NCBI GenBank assembly: GCA_040260805.1 | Contig: JBDQPD010000041.1 | Coordinates: 1 to 26,937 of the forward strand | Source of the DNA: Myxococcota bacterium | Lineage (GTDB): Bacteria; Myxococcota; UBA4151 | DNA: 26,937 nt | Reading direction: 5' to 3' | Shown: positions 26,208-26,937 of the stretch, one piece after another | Position numbering within the stretch: position 1 is the first letter of the stretch | Layout of the letters: each line of letters starts with the position of its first letter | Program-made: the position numbers and the translations under genes | The notes under the pieces: generated by a model | What the model saw: only the letters and a program-made list of their open reading frames with translations | Told to the model about the DNA's origin: nothing | Databases searched by the model: none

Positions 26208-26223
26208 TGGGCCGCATTCTGCT
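26208..26223 (+). promoter_or_regulatory. Candidate sigma-54 (-24/-12) promoter for the 26331 lipoprotein gene
   Basis: TGGGCCGCATTCTGCT has exact GG-N10-GC spacing and partly matches TGGCACG-N4-TTGCW. Confidence 0.3.
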
Positions 26224-26330
26224 AAAGTTTGCTGCGGCAAATCTCGTGTTTTTGATCCTGTATCGGACGTTTGTCTTAGAAGCTTACCCGTAGGGTAGGT
26301 CTAAAAGCCGCCTGACTTTGGAGAGTCATC

Positions 26331-26937
26331 ATGAACTATCGTTTGTTGATCGGTCTTGTGATTGCCTTTGCGGGGACAGCTTGCGGACCCCCAGTTCAGC
26401 CCGTCGGATCAGGAGGAGGTTTGCTTTGCGAAGTCGAAGCAGACTGCCTCGGTGCCCAAACCTGCATCTTGAGCAGCGGTGAATGTCGTGATCTCCAGCC
26501 GGGTGAGTGCCGGCGCGACGACGCAAACCTTTGCGCTTGTGAGCTGAACTCACATTGCCCAGACGGATTGATCTGCGGCGGCTCAGGGCTTTGTGAAAAC
26601 GAAGGCGGCGGCAACAATGGCGGCGGCAACAACGGTGGCGGCGCTAACGATGCAGGGCCGGGTGGCAACGGTAACGACGCCGGAAGCGGTACCTCGGGCG
26701 ACTGCGAGCGAAACACTGATTGTTCGATCGACGAATTTTGCCACCCCACAGCGCGTGAATGCAGAGCCCTGCCAGAGGGTACCTGTCGTGAAAACTCCCA
26801 GTGCACGAGCAACCAGTGCGTGATCCCAGACGGTCGCGAGCTTGGTCGCTGCGAAGGCGGCGCAGGTGAGTGCACCGAAGACACTGACTGCGGCGAAGGC
26901 GAGATGTGCGATGAAGGCACCTGCGTCGGTGGCGGCG
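26331..26937 (+). CDS. Partial Cys-rich lipoprotein (small 4-Cys modules, Gly/Asn-rich linker)
   Basis: Not in the ORF track (runs off the edge). RBS GGAGAG. Hand translation: MNYRLLIGLVIAFAGTA-CGPPVQ...CEVEADCLGAQTC...GGGNNGGGNNGGGANDAG...CERNTDCSIDEFC...CTEDTDCGEGEMCDEGTC. Open to the window end. Confidence 0.85.
   Translation, partial: MNYRLLIGLVIAFAGTACGPPVQPVGSGGGLLCEVEADCLGAQTCILSSGECRDLQPGECRRDDANLCACELNSHCPDGLICGGSGLCENEGGGNNGGGNNGGGANDAGPGGNGNDAGSGTSGDCERNTDCSIDEFCHPTARECRALPEGTCRENSQCTSNQCVIPDGRELGRCEGGAGECTEDTDCGEGEMCDEGTCVGGG

Noticed and set aside
26600..26650. GGCGGCGGCAAC-type short tandem repeat as a possible phase-variation tract
   Set aside because: In-frame, imperfect 15-nt units encoding a GGGNN linker. 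Slippage would not shift the frame.
26396..26920. 174-aa Pro/Ser-rich minus-strand ORF
   Set aside because: Antisense shadow of the + strand Cys-rich lipoprotein starting at 26331, which has an RBS and lipobox.

Overview
Bacterial, GC-rich (about 60% by eye) and densely coding window. The gene content looks myxobacterial or Myxococcota/Bradymonadia-like (Myxococcus-type Cys-rich repeat lipoproteins, IgGFc-binding lipoprotein, DUF1501); this taxonomy is inference. Left to right: a partial ZIP-like/permease metal transporter missed by the ORF track; htpG; an orphan mini flagellar-rod-like gene; a deoxyhypusine-synthase-family gene; a 3-gene + strand operon (di-CXXCH lipoprotein, Tat-exported DUF1501 protein, Cys-rich/TSP3 lipoprotein); a lipoprotein made almost only of 29 four-Cys repeats; an HD hydrolase; a co-directional minus-strand run (TlpA-like thioredoxin, VKOR-DsbA-FGE triple fusion, tandem DsbA protein with one dead active site, Cys-rich IgGFc-binding lipoprotein, unknown lipoprotein); a WcaJ-like priming glycosyltransferase converging on an SGNH-like/MBOAT acylation pair; an internally duplicated EF-hand-like protein with a terminator; and a partial Cys-rich lipoprotein. 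The best candidate for an undescribed system is an envelope disulfide-formation module with an unusual VKOR-DsbA-FGE fusion, sitting next to extremely Cys-rich surface lipoproteins that could be its clients. No rRNA, tRNA, CRISPR array or mobile element was seen. All family calls come from motif recognition by eye, not database searches.
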